Shown: in pieces, positions 1 to 10,167 of the stretch
Layout of the letters: each line of letters begins with the position of its first letter
Numbering within the stretch: position 1 is the first letter of the stretch
Origin: Candidatus Saccharimonadota bacterium
GTDB taxonomy: Bacteria > Pseudomonadota > Gammaproteobacteria > Burkholderiales > Burkholderiaceae
Assembly (NCBI RefSeq): GCF_016593155.1
Contig: NZ_AP023215.1
Coordinates: 210,001-242,000, forward strand
DNA length: 32,000 bases
Direction of reading: 5' to 3'
Position numbers and translations under genes: made by a program
The notes under the pieces: generated by a model
What the model was told of the DNA's origin: nothing
What the model saw: only the letters and a program-made list of their open reading frames with translations
Databases searched by the model: none

Positions 1-186
1 TTAAAAAATGGTTTTTCACCCAATTTATTCTTTGATCGCACAGGAATTAATATAAAAATTATTGAACCTAAATTAAAAAATGCTGAAAAACTTGGTTTAT
101 TAAAAAGAAATAATAAAAATATTAAACCTACTACCTTTGGTAGATATTTTTTAAACGATTTACAGCAAATATTTTTAAATGATTAA
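1..186 (+). CDS. hemW: 3' end of radical-SAM heme chaperone HemW / coproporphyrinogen-III-oxidase-like protein (partial; start lies upstream of the window)
   Basis: Frame 1 is open from base 1 to TAA at 184-186. The translation ...GFSPNLFFDRTGINIKIIEPKLKNAEKLGLLKRNNKNIKPTTFGRYFLNDLQQIFLND fits the conserved HemW/YggW C-terminal pattern (RTG...I.P.L..AE..GLL......I.PT..G..FLNDL...FL). It is not in the ORF track because it has no start in the window. Confidence 0.6.
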   Translation, partial: LKNGFSPNLFFDRTGINIKIIEPKLKNAEKLGLLKRNNKNIKPTTFGRYFLNDLQQIFLND

Positions 187-217
187 ATATTATTATATTT
201 TATTCTAAAAATTTAAA

Positions 218-1213
218 ATGAATACCATAAATTTAATATATAATAAACGAAAAATATCTATTGCTCCAATGATGAATTTAACTGATCGTCATTGTCGTAT
301 GTTTCATAGACAAATTACACGATATACTTGGTTATATACAGAAATGTTTACAACTCAAGCTATATTAAAAGGAAATAAAAAAAATTTCCTAGACTTTAAT
401 ATAGAAGAACATCCAATTGCTTTTCAATTAGGTGATAATGAACCAAAGAAATTAGCAAAAAGCTCAAAAATTATTCAAAAATGGGGATATGATGAAATTA
501 ATTTAAATTGCGGCTGCCCTTCAGATCGAGTACAAAACGGTTTTTTTGGTGCGATTTTAATGACAAAACCATTATTAGTTTCTGATTGTATTAAAGCAAT
601 ACGTGATTCTGTTGAAATTGATGTAACAGTTAAACATCGTATTGGTATAGATAATATCAATTCTTATGATTTTGTCAGGGATTTTGTGGGTACCGTTGCT
701 TCCGCTGGATGTCGCACATTTATTGTTCATGCTAGAAATGCATTTTTAAAAAAACTTAACCCTAAACAAAATAGAAAAATCCCAATCTTAAAATACAATT
801 TTGTTTATAATTTAAAAAAAGATTTTCCTGAATTAGAAATAATTATTAATGGAGGAATTAAAACAAAAAAAGAAATTGACTTGCACTTAAATCATATTGA
901 TGGTGTTATGTTAGGAAGGGAGGCTTATAATAATCCATTTTTAATGTCAAATTTTGATTTAAATTACTATTCAAATTTGCCGCAATATAAAATACCTACA
1001 CGTATTGATATCATAAATCGTATGATATTATACATTCGTCAACAACTAAATAACAATAAAAATCTACATATTAATAGTATAACTAGACATATGCTTGGAT
1101 TAATGAAAAATATAAAAGGTTCTCGAAAATTTAGACAAATTTTATCAAAACCAAATTTATTAACTATTGATAATTTTCAATTATTTTTAAATACTCTTAA
1201 TATACCTAAGTAA
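218..1213 (+). CDS. dusA: tRNA-dihydrouridine synthase A
   Basis: 331 aa ORF. The N-terminus SIAPMMNLTDRHCRMFHRQITRYTWLYTEM and the NLNCGCPSDRV catalytic-Cys region are typical of DusA. Confidence 0.9.
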   Translation: MNTINLIYNKRKISIAPMMNLTDRHCRMFHRQITRYTWLYTEMFTTQAILKGNKKNFLDFNIEEHPIAFQLGDNEPKKLAKSSKIIQKWGYDEINLNCGCPSDRVQNGFFGAILMTKPLLVSDCIKAIRDSVEIDVTVKHRIGIDNINSYDFVRDFVGTVASAGCRTFIVHARNAFLKKLNPKQNRKIPILKYNFVYNLKKDFPELEIIINGGIKTKKEIDLHLNHIDGVMLGREAYNNPFLMSNFDLNYYSNLPQYKIPTRIDIINRMILYIRQQLNNNKNLHINSITRHMLGLMKNIKGSRKFRQILSKPNLLTIDNFQLFLNTLNIPK

Positions 1214-1241
1214 TTTTATAAATCATTCATTTAAAACAATA

Positions 1242-2354
1242 ATGTACAATAAATTTATTTCTCCTACTAAAGAAATCATTTCTGAATTAAAGATGGGAAA
1301 TATGATTATTCTAGTAGATGCGGAGAATCGTGAAAACGAAGGAGATATTATGTTATCTTCTGATTTTGTAACACCAAATGCTATTAATTTTATGGCTAAA
1401 TATGCAAGAGGTTTGATTTGTATGACATTAACAGAAGAACATTGTATTCAACTTAAATTAGATATGATGACAAAAAAAAATAATTCTTCTTTTGGTACTA
1501 ATTTTACCGTTTCAATTGAAGCGGCAAATGAAGTTACAACCGGAATTTCGGCATCAGATCGCGCACATACAATCAAAATTGCTTCATCAAAAAAAGCCAA
1601 ACCTTCTGATATCGTCCAACCTGGACACATTTTTCCTTTGCGGGCTAAAAAAGGAGGGGTATTAGTACGAGGAGGGCACACTGAAGCTGGTTGTGATTTA
1701 ACAAAATTAGCGGGATTAACACCATCCGCGGTGATTTGTGAAATTTTAAATGATGATGGCACAATGGCGCGCTTACCAAATCTAATAAAATTCTCTAAAT
1801 TTCATAACATTAAAATTGGTACTATTTCTGATTTAATATGCTATCGCTATCAATATGAAAATATTATTAAACGAAAAGCAGAATATAATATAAATACTTT
1901 ATATGGAAAATTTAAAGTCATTATATATTTAGATAAAATAAATAATGATATTCATTTAACTTTAATACACGGTTCAATTACTTCAAATAAAGCAATACCA
2001 ATATGGCTAAACCAACCATTTTCAATATTAGATTTTTTGCATACTAAAACAAACTCATGCACACAAAATATTTCTTCAATAATGAAAATGATCAAATTGA
2101 TTAAAAATGGTATTTTAATTTTAGTTAATTTTAAGAATTCTATAAATTATATATTTAATCAATTAAAAAATTTTAATATAATTAACGAAAAAAATAATAT
2201 AATTCAATCAAAAGATCATAAAGATACTAATTTGATACATATCAATAATATTAATGCGCAAATATTAAAAGATCTTAATATCAAAAAAATTAAATTAATG
2301 ACACATTTAAATGATATTTCACCTTTCTTGAATTTGAATATAAAAATAAAATAA
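1242..2354 (+). CDS. ribBA: 3,4-dihydroxy-2-butanone-4-phosphate synthase fused to a degenerate GTP-cyclohydrolase-II-like C-terminal domain
   Basis: 370 aa. The N-terminal half (ILVDAENRENEGDIMLSSDFVTPNAINFMAKYARGLICMTL ... RGGHTEAGCDL) is clear RibB. The C-terminal ~160 aa has RibA-like length but I cannot find the Cys-x10-Cys-x-Cys zinc motif. Confidence 0.88.
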   Translation: MYNKFISPTKEIISELKMGNMIILVDAENRENEGDIMLSSDFVTPNAINFMAKYARGLICMTLTEEHCIQLKLDMMTKKNNSSFGTNFTVSIEAANEVTTGISASDRAHTIKIASSKKAKPSDIVQPGHIFPLRAKKGGVLVRGGHTEAGCDLTKLAGLTPSAVICEILNDDGTMARLPNLIKFSKFHNIKIGTISDLICYRYQYENIIKRKAEYNINTLYGKFKVIIYLDKINNDIHLTLIHGSITSNKAIPIWLNQPFSILDFLHTKTNSCTQNISSIMKMIKLIKNGILILVNFKNSINYIFNQLKNFNIINEKNNIIQSKDHKDTNLIHINNINAQILKDLNIKKIKLMTHLNDISPFLNLNIKIK

Positions 2355-2446
2355 ATATAATTATCTTGAATTTATTTTATGAAATTAAAAATAATTTATA
2401 ATAAATTTAAAAATAAAATCTTCTTTTAATAAAACATAGGAAAATT

Positions 2447-2914
2447 ATGATTGTTAATAATTATAAATCAAATTTTAATGGAAGAAATTTATATATTGGT
2501 ATCGTGCAATCACGCTTTAATCAAAAAATATCATATAAATTATTAATATCCTGCCTAAATATGCTAAAAAAAATAGGAGTACAAGAAAAAAATATATTAC
2601 ATATTAGCGTTCCGGGTGCATTAGAAATACCATTAACATTACAAAATATTATTAAACTTAAAAAATTTAATGTATTAATTGCTATTGGTGTTATTATTCG
2701 TGGTGAAACTTACCATTTTGAATTAATTACTAATAATACGATTTCTAGTATTATGAAAATTAGTATTAAAAATAATATTCCCATTATTAATGCGATATTA
2801 ACTACAGAAAATATAGAGCAAGCTAATTCTCGTATCTTAACTAAAGGTATAGAAACAGCATATGCCGCAATAGAAATTGCTAATCTAATTTCCTCTATAA
2901 AAAAATTACATTAA
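2447..2914 (+). CDS. ribH: 6,7-dimethyl-8-ribityllumazine synthase
   Basis: 155 aa. GIVQSRFNQ...SVPGALEIPL...IAIGVIIRGETYHFE matches RibH core motifs. It sits in the conserved ribH-nusB arrangement. Confidence 0.9.
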   Translation: MIVNNYKSNFNGRNLYIGIVQSRFNQKISYKLLISCLNMLKKIGVQEKNILHISVPGALEIPLTLQNIIKLKKFNVLIAIGVIIRGETYHFELITNNTISSIMKISIKNNIPIINAILTTENIEQANSRILTKGIETAYAAIEIANLISSIKKLH

Positions 2915-2963
2915 TAAAATTAAAGGAGAAATAATTATTTTTATAAATCATAAAAATAAATCA

Positions 2964-3410
2964 TTGACCAATTTAATAAAAAATAAAACACCTCGTCATC
3001 GTGCACGTGAATTTGCATTACAAGGAATTTATCAATGGCTTTTTAATAATATGGATGTTCATTTAATAGAAATATATATAAAAGAAATTTTTAATTTTTA
3101 TAAAGTTGATAAAAAATATTTTTATATAGTACTACGCGGAGTAATTAATAATATAACATTTTTACGTTATGATTTATCAACTATAATAGACCGATCAATT
3201 AATGAATTATCTTCAATTGAATATATTGTATTATTAATTGGAGCTTATGAATTAAAAAGTCATTATGAAATTCCTTATAAAGTAATAATTAATGAAGCTA
3301 TTGAATTAGTAAAATCTTTTGGAAATATTGATGGTTATAAGTATGTAAATAAAATTTTAGATAAACTTGCATTAAATATACGAAATATAGAAATTAACAA
3401 AAACAAATAA
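2964..3410 (+). CDS. nusB: transcription antitermination factor NusB
   Basis: 148 aa with a TTG start. The RHRAREFALQGIYQW signature and the position directly after ribH support the call. Confidence 0.88.
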   Translation: MTNLIKNKTPRHRAREFALQGIYQWLFNNMDVHLIEIYIKEIFNFYKVDKKYFYIVLRGVINNITFLRYDLSTIIDRSINELSSIEYIVLLIGAYELKSHYEIPYKVIINEAIELVKSFGNIDGYKYVNKILDKLALNIRNIEINKNK

Positions 3411-3488
3411 AATATATTTATTAATTTAAATTATATAAAATTTAAAATAAAAATGAAATTTATTTTTTAATAGTATATAATTATTTTA

Positions 3489-3589
3489 AGACGAGTCATT
3501 AAAACATTGTAAAATAACAAACCTGGTCAGGTCGGGAACGAAGCAGCCATAGTTATATTTACAAGTGTTAAAAATTTTTGACTCGTCTA
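3489..3589 (+). ncRNA. ffs: signal recognition particle RNA (4.5S RNA)
   Basis: CCTGGTCAGGTCGGGAACGAAGCAGCC closely matches the universally conserved 4.5S domain IV sequence (E. coli CAGGUCAGGUCCGGAAGGAAGCAGCC). It is enclosed by a perfect 10-bp terminal stem, AGACGAGTCA (3489-3498) paired with TGACTCGTCT (3580-3589), with further imperfect pairing inside. Confidence 0.8.
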
Positions 3590-3679
3590 TTTAAAAAATT
3601 TTAATTAAAATTTATTTTTAAAAATAGATTTTAATATTTCTTTATGTTAAAATTTTTTAGAAAATTTAATTTTAAAAAA

Positions 3680-4059
3680 GGGGGCGATCTGGTTTCGACA
3701 AGGATTATAATATAGAAAAAAGCATATCGAGATCTGGTTAACTCGCAAATATATTCCAGAAAACTTTTAAATGCAAATGATTCAAAATACGCTCCAGTAC
3801 GTTTGGCAGCATAATAAATTATAGTCATATAGACTAAACTCCAATTCTCTTTTTTCATGAAGTTAATAAATGGAGTTAAATAAATCATGAAATCGCAATA
3901 GTTTAAGTTACATAAACTATTGTTAAAAAAAGTAACTCGTCTTTTTGAAGTTTGTGCATTCGCTTCATTTAAAAGATTAAAAAATTAAAAAATAGCACTA
4001 AATATGTAGAAATGTCTATAAAGTATTCTTGGACGCGGGTTCGATTCCCGCCGCCTCCA
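3680..4059 (+). ncRNA. ssrA: transfer-messenger RNA (tmRNA); encoded tag peptide ANDSKYAPVRLAA
   Basis: The 5' end GGGGGCGATCTGGTTTCGACA and the 3' end GGACGCGGGTTCGATTCCCGCCGCCTCCA form a tRNA-Ala-like acceptor/T-arm, including the G3:U wobble. The internal reading frame GCA AAT GAT TCA AAA TAC GCT CCA GTA CGT TTG GCA GCA TAA TAA (3773-3817) ends in the canonical ..LAA. CCA is not encoded. Confidence 0.92.
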
Positions 4060-4656
4060 TATTTTTAATATATATTTTTATATATTAATTTTTTTATTAA
4101 CTTCCTTCTAAGAGCTTTCTAAGAAATATTGAGTATATGACGTAATAATTTTTATATTAAAGTAATTCAATTTATATCATAATTATATTAAATTTTATAA
4201 ATTTCAATTAACATATTTTATTTTTTTATAAAAATTTTTTTCTAATTATTTATTAGACTATTTATTACGCTAAATATTTTAAATTATTTTTTTCAAAAGA
4301 ATTATGAGTTTTTGAAAAATATACCTAAAAATAATAAATCATATAATATATGAAATTAAAATTTAAATAATGAAATTTAATACATATCTCAATAAATAAT
4401 CAAAAAAATTAATTTTAACTTCGGTATTAATAAAAAAATAATTTTAATCAAACTAAATAAGATTTTAATTTAATAAAAATAAATTTTTAAGAAATTATAA
4501 AAATATTATTCCTTAAAGAATTATAGAAATATCATCCTAATTGTAGCTTATTTTATAATTATATAACTGAATTAAAATACTAAAATAATAGTTAATCAAT
4601 CTTAATAATCTTATTATTTGACAAAAAATTTTATTTATTAAAAATGATAAAAAATC

Positions 4657-7329
4657 ATGAAAGAAACCACTAAAGATTCTGATGTAGTAGAAACAGAAGA
4701 ATGGATTTCAGCATTAAAGTCTGTAATTAAAATAGAGGGCCCTAATAGGGCATATTATTTAATAAAAAAAATGATAAAGTTCTTATTACATCACGGAATG
4801 AATATCCCCTTATTCAAAAATACAGCATACATTAATACAATACCAAATCATTTTGATTATGATTTTCCAGGAAATATCAAAATTGAAGAGCGTTTGCAAT
4901 CATTGATACGTTGGAATGCAATGGTATTAGTAATTAGAGCTAATAAAATTGATAATAGTTTAGGTGGACATTTATCAAGTTTTGCCTCATTAGCTCATAT
5001 TTTAGAAGTTGGTTTTAATCATTTTTGGAGAGCTCCAACCCATAATCATGGTGGAGATTTAATATATATACAAGGTCATTCCTCCCCAGGTATCTATGCT
5101 AGAGCTTTTCTTGAAGGTCGATTAACTGAAGAGCAAATGATCAATTTTCGTCAAGAAGTTGATGGTTATGGTTTATCGTCTTATCCTCACCCAAAATTAA
5201 TGCCAAAATTTTGGCAATTTCCAACAGTTTCAATGGGATTAGGACCATTAACAGCAATTCATCAGGCGCGTTTTTTAAAATATCTACATGCTCGTAAAAT
5301 CACTAATACAATAAATAGAAAAATTTGGATTTTTTGTGGGGACGGAGAAATGGATGAACCAGAATCAATGAGTGAACTTAGTATGGCCGCTCGTGAAAAA
5401 CTTGATAATTTAATAATGATTGTAAACTGTAATCTTCAAAGATTAGATGGTCCAGTACGAGGAAATAGTAAAATTATTCAAGAATTAGAAGCTCATTTTT
5501 ATGGAGTTGGTTGGCATGTTATTAAAGTAATTTGGAGTAGTAGTTGGGATAAATTATTAGAATGTGATCACAATGGTATTCTTAAAAAAATTATGATGGA
5601 TACTCTTGATGGAGAATATCAAAATTATAGATCCAAAAATAGTGATTTTATACGTAAAAATTTTTTTGGAAAACATCCGGAATTATTAGAAATGATAAAA
5701 GAAATGTCAGATGAAGATATTTGGAATCTTACTTTTGGTGGGCATGATTTACGTAAAATTTATTCCGCATTTAAAATGGCACAAAAAAATAAAGATAAAC
5801 CAACTGTATTGCTAATTAAAAGTATTAAAGGTTATGGATTAGGAGAATTTGGAGAAGCTCGTAATATAGCGCATAACGTAAAAAAAGTTGATAACCAAGG
5901 TATAAAAAGTATACGTGATTTTTTTAAATTACCTATTCCGGACTCAGAGTTATCATTAGTTCCATTTTATAAACCATCTATTAATTCCCCAGAAATTCAA
6001 TATTTAAAAAATTGTAGAAAAAAATTAGGTGGTTATTTACCAAAACGTCGTCAAAAATCTGATGAAAAACTATTAATTCCACCATTAGAAGCTTTCAAAA
6101 AAATCCTAGAACCCACTTTAAATGAAAGAAAAATTTCTACTACATATGCTTATGTCCGTATTTTAAATACTATACTTCGTGATAAAAATATTGGAAATCG
6201 CGTTGTTCCTATTGTAGTTGATGAGTCACGTACTTTTGGTATGGAAGGTTTATTTAGACAAATTGGAATTTTTAGTCAAGTTGGACAATTATATGATCCA
6301 GTTGATAAGGGTCAAGTTATGTATTATCGTGAAGAAAAAAATGGACAAATTCTTCAAGAAGGAATTAATGAGGCTGGAGGTATGGGTTCATGGATTGCAG
6401 CCGCTACAGCATATTCTACTAGTAATTGTATTATGATTCCATTCTTTATATTTTACTCAATGTTTGGCTTTCAACGCATAGGGGATTTAGCATGGCTAGC
6501 TGGAGATATTCGTGCTAGAGGATTTTTAATAGGAGGAACTTCTGGACGCACAACAATTAATGGCGAAGGACTTCAGCATGAAGATGGTCATAGTCATATA
6601 TTGGCATCTACAATTCCAAATTGTATACCTTATGATCCAACATTTGCGCATGAAGTAGCGGTAATTATACATCATGGATTACATTGTATGATCTCCAATC
6701 AAGAAGATGTATTTTATTACATTACAGTCATGAATGAAAATTATAGTCATCCCGGTTTAAAAAAAGGACAAGAAAAAGGTATTTTAAAAGGTTTATATCT
6801 ATTAAAAAAACATAATCATGAAAAATCAAAACTAAAAGTTCAATTAATAGGATCAGGGGCTATTTTAAGAGAAATATTGGCTGCTCAAATTTTATTACAA
6901 GAATGGGATATAGACTCAGCCATATGGTCGGCTACTTCATTTACTTTATTAGCGCGTGATGGACAAGAAACCACACGATGGAATATGCTACATCCAACTA
7001 AAAAACAAAAAATTGCATATATTACTAAATCTCTTGAAAAATCAAATGGACCAATTATTGTTGCTACTGACTATATGCGATTATTTGCGGAACAAATTAG
7101 GGCATTTATCCCAAAAGGGAGAATATATAAAGTATTAGGTACCGATGGTTTTGGTTGCTCCGATACCCGTAAAAAATTACGAAATTTTTTTGAAGTAAGT
7201 CGATATTATATTGCAATTGCAGCACTTAATTCATTAGCTAAAGAAAATTTAATTAAATTCTCAATAGTTTCTGAAGCAATTAAAAAATATAATATTAATA
7301 CAGAAAAACAAAGTCCTTTTTCAATATAA
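4657..7329 (+). CDS. aceE: pyruvate dehydrogenase E1 component (homodimeric type)
   Basis: 890 aa. The length, the GDGEMDEPES thiamine-diphosphate motif and the aceE-aceF-lpdA gene order support the call. Confidence 0.95.
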   Translation: MKETTKDSDVVETEEWISALKSVIKIEGPNRAYYLIKKMIKFLLHHGMNIPLFKNTAYINTIPNHFDYDFPGNIKIEERLQSLIRWNAMVLVIRANKIDNSLGGHLSSFASLAHILEVGFNHFWRAPTHNHGGDLIYIQGHSSPGIYARAFLEGRLTEEQMINFRQEVDGYGLSSYPHPKLMPKFWQFPTVSMGLGPLTAIHQARFLKYLHARKITNTINRKIWIFCGDGEMDEPESMSELSMAAREKLDNLIMIVNCNLQRLDGPVRGNSKIIQELEAHFYGVGWHVIKVIWSSSWDKLLECDHNGILKKIMMDTLDGEYQNYRSKNSDFIRKNFFGKHPELLEMIKEMSDEDIWNLTFGGHDLRKIYSAFKMAQKNKDKPTVLLIKSIKGYGLGEFGEARNIAHNVKKVDNQGIKSIRDFFKLPIPDSELSLVPFYKPSINSPEIQYLKNCRKKLGGYLPKRRQKSDEKLLIPPLEAFKKILEPTLNERKISTTYAYVRILNTILRDKNIGNRVVPIVVDESRTFGMEGLFRQIGIFSQVGQLYDPVDKGQVMYYREEKNGQILQEGINEAGGMGSWIAAATAYSTSNCIMIPFFIFYSMFGFQRIGDLAWLAGDIRARGFLIGGTSGRTTINGEGLQHEDGHSHILASTIPNCIPYDPTFAHEVAVIIHHGLHCMISNQEDVFYYITVMNENYSHPGLKKGQEKGILKGLYLLKKHNHEKSKLKVQLIGSGAILREILAAQILLQEWDIDSAIWSATSFTLLARDGQETTRWNMLHPTKKQKIAYITKSLEKSNGPIIVATDYMRLFAEQIRAFIPKGRIYKVLGTDGFGCSDTRKKLRNFFEVSRYYIAIAALNSLAKENLIKFSIVSEAIKKYNINTEKQSPFSI

Positions 7330-7367
7330 ATAATATAAGAAAATTTTATAAAATAATAATCATAAAT

Positions 7368-8570
7368 ATGAACGAAATAATAATAAAGGTTCCTGATATT
7401 GGAGATTTTTCAGAAGTAGAAGTAATAGAATTAATGGTAAAAATAGGTGATACAATAAAAATTGATCAATCTTTATTAGTTGTTGAATCAGAAAAAGTAA
7501 GTATGGAAATTCCCTCTAGTCATAATGGTATTGTCAGAGAAATAAAAGTTAAAGTTGGAGATAAGGTTTCTAAAAATTCACAGATATTAATTTTAGAAGA
7601 ATTCAAGGAAAATAAAAAAAATATTAAATCCTCTCCGGAAAAATTAAATAATTTCTCTAAAATAAATTCTTCGCCATTATCTTTAGAAAATTCTATAAAT
7701 AATATACACGCATCACCCTCAGTTCGTAAATTTGCTCGTGAAATTGGGGTTGATCTTAAAAAGATTACTCTTCGTACTGGCCCTAAGAATCGTATTTTAA
7801 AAGAAGATATTAAAAATTATGTATCCTTAGAAAACATAAAAAAAAAAGAATGTTTATTTTCAGATTTTTTAAAATTTGGAAATATTGAATTTCAACCATT
7901 ATCACGTATTACAAAAATAAGCGGTCAAAATTTATATCGCACTTGGACCACAATTCCTCATGTAACACAATTTGACGAAGCCGATGTAACTGAATTAGAA
8001 AAATTTCGTAAAAATTATAATAATATATCTGAATCCAATGAAAAACTCACCATTTTATCATTTATTGTTAAATCCGTAGCTTATATTTTAAAAAAATATC
8101 CAAAATTTAATTCCTCTCTTGATTCGGCTGGTGAAAATTTAATTCTTAAAAAATATTATCATATAGGTTTTGCTGTAGATACAAAATATGGTTTAATGGT
8201 ACCGGTTATTAAAGACGCAGATCAAAAAACAATTACTCAAATTTCTCAAGAAATTATTAATTTATCTAATCAAGCACGCAAAAATAAACTTAATTTGTCA
8301 AATATACAAGGTTCAACTTTTACTATTTCATCTTTAGGGGGGATTGGGGGAACTGCATTTACTCCAATTATTAACTCACCAGAAGTCGCTATCCTTGGAA
8401 TCTCTAAGATTATATTTAAACCTATATGGAATAATACTAAATTTATACCTAGAATGATGTTGCCATTGTCGTTATCATATGATCATCGAGTAATTGATGG
8501 GGCTATGAGCGCTAATTTTTCTAACTCATTAAGTAATATTTTATCAGATATAAGAAAAATTATATTATAA
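7368..8570 (+). CDS. aceF: dihydrolipoamide acetyltransferase, PDH E2 component (single lipoyl domain)
   Basis: 400 aa. It has one lipoyl domain (VVESEKVSMEIPS), an E3-binding domain (ASPSVRKFAREIGVDLKKI) and a catalytic domain with SYDHRVIDGA. Confidence 0.93.
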   Translation: MNEIIIKVPDIGDFSEVEVIELMVKIGDTIKIDQSLLVVESEKVSMEIPSSHNGIVREIKVKVGDKVSKNSQILILEEFKENKKNIKSSPEKLNNFSKINSSPLSLENSINNIHASPSVRKFAREIGVDLKKITLRTGPKNRILKEDIKNYVSLENIKKKECLFSDFLKFGNIEFQPLSRITKISGQNLYRTWTTIPHVTQFDEADVTELEKFRKNYNNISESNEKLTILSFIVKSVAYILKKYPKFNSSLDSAGENLILKKYYHIGFAVDTKYGLMVPVIKDADQKTITQISQEIINLSNQARKNKLNLSNIQGSTFTISSLGGIGGTAFTPIINSPEVAILGISKIIFKPIWNNTKFIPRMMLPLSLSYDHRVIDGAMSANFSNSLSNILSDIRKIIL

Positions 8571-8671
8571 TTAAACTTGATAAGTTACTTTTACTTATTT
8601 AAAATACTAATTAAATATCATATATTTAAAATTCTAATATTTCACTTAATAAAATAATTTACATACGGAGA

Positions 8672-10129
8672 ATGAAAAATTTTTCTGATAAATCAAACAT
8701 AAAATGTGATACTGTAGTTTTAGGTGGAGGCCCAGGCGGTTATACTGCGGCATTTCGAGCGGCTGATCTAGGTCAAAAAGTTTTATTAATTGAGCGATAT
8801 CAATCTCTTGGTGGAGTATGTCTTAATGTTGGTTGTATTCCATCTAAATCATTATTACATATAGCTAAAATTATAACGGAATCAGAGGAAATAAAAAAAT
8901 TTGGTATTAATTTTTATAAACCAGAAATAGATATTGAGAAATTATGCAATTGGAAAAAAAATATTATCACTAAATTATCAAATGGTTTAAATAAATTAAT
9001 AAAAGCACGTAATATAATATTAATACATGGCAATGGAATATTTAATTCTGCTAACAGCATAATCGTAGAAACAATTTATAAAAAAATAATTATTTCATTC
9101 AAAAATGCAATTATAGCAACCGGTTCCTCTGTTATTAAAATTCAAAATTTTCCATATGATGATCAACGCTTAATTAATTCAACTCATGCATTAGAGCTTA
9201 ACAAAATTCCAAAAAATATGTTAATTATAGGAGGAGGAATTATTGGGTTAGAAATGTCTTGTATATATAATGCTCTTGGTACAAACATTACAATCATAGA
9301 ATCTTCTAATCAATTAATTCCATTTGCAGATAAAGATATAATTGAACCATTTAAAAAACATATTAAAAAAAAATATCAAAAAATCTATTTAAATACTAAA
9401 GTTAAAAAAATAGAACCTTTTCAGAAGGGATTATTTGTTACATTTGAAATAAATAAAAATAATTCTAATTATTTAGTCAAATCAAAATTTTTTGATATTG
9501 TACTAATGGCAATTGGACGATATCCAAATAGTAAAAATATTGGTCTTGATAAAACGGGTATTCTAGTTGACAAAAATGGATTTATATTAGTCAATAAACA
9601 ACAACGCACTAATATTTCTCATATTTATGCAATTGGAGATGTTTGCGGGACTCCAATGCTTGCTCATAAAGCAATAAGTGAAGCTAAAATAGCCGCTGAA
9701 ACCATATCTAATTCTAAGGTGAAATTTGATTCATTAGTTATTCCATCAATAGCCTATACTGATCCAGAAATAGCATGGGTAGGATTAACAGAAAATTATG
9801 CTAAAATTAATTTTATTTCTTATAAAAAATCTATTTTTCCTTGGTCATTTAGTGGTAGAGCACTTACCTTAAATCGTAAGGAAGGTTTAACTAAATTATT
9901 ATTTGATCCGAAAACAAAACGTATTCTTGGTGGAGCTATCGTTGGAGTTAATGCCGGAGAATTATTGTCTGAAATTACATTAGCTATAGAAATGGGGGCA
10001 AATTTAGAAGATATCGCATTAACCATACACGCGCATCCAACCTTATCTGAGACTTTCATGATTGCATCAGAACTTGGGTTAAATATAGCCACCGATTTAT
10101 ATGTAACAAAAAATGTAACAAAAAATTAA
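8672..10129 (+). CDS. lpdA: dihydrolipoyl dehydrogenase (E3)
   Basis: 485 aa. It carries the FAD motif GGGPGGYTAAFRAADLG, the redox disulfide GGVCLNVGCIPSK and the C-terminal HAHPTLSE. Confidence 0.93.
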   Translation: MKNFSDKSNIKCDTVVLGGGPGGYTAAFRAADLGQKVLLIERYQSLGGVCLNVGCIPSKSLLHIAKIITESEEIKKFGINFYKPEIDIEKLCNWKKNIITKLSNGLNKLIKARNIILIHGNGIFNSANSIIVETIYKKIIISFKNAIIATGSSVIKIQNFPYDDQRLINSTHALELNKIPKNMLIIGGGIIGLEMSCIYNALGTNITIIESSNQLIPFADKDIIEPFKKHIKKKYQKIYLNTKVKKIEPFQKGLFVTFEINKNNSNYLVKSKFFDIVLMAIGRYPNSKNIGLDKTGILVDKNGFILVNKQQRTNISHIYAIGDVCGTPMLAHKAISEAKIAAETISNSKVKFDSLVIPSIAYTDPEIAWVGLTENYAKINFISYKKSIFPWSFSGRALTLNRKEGLTKLLFDPKTKRILGGAIVGVNAGELLSEITLAIEMGANLEDIALTIHAHPTLSETFMIASELGLNIATDLYVTKNVTKN

Positions 10130-10167
10130 AATATTTATTATAAAATTGTTATCATAAAAATAAATCA

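Noticed and set aside
3631-3888. 85-aa ORF on the minus strand
   Set aside because: It lies antisense across the 5' half of the tmRNA gene. It has no recognisable protein similarity and its composition is typical of a chance ORF.
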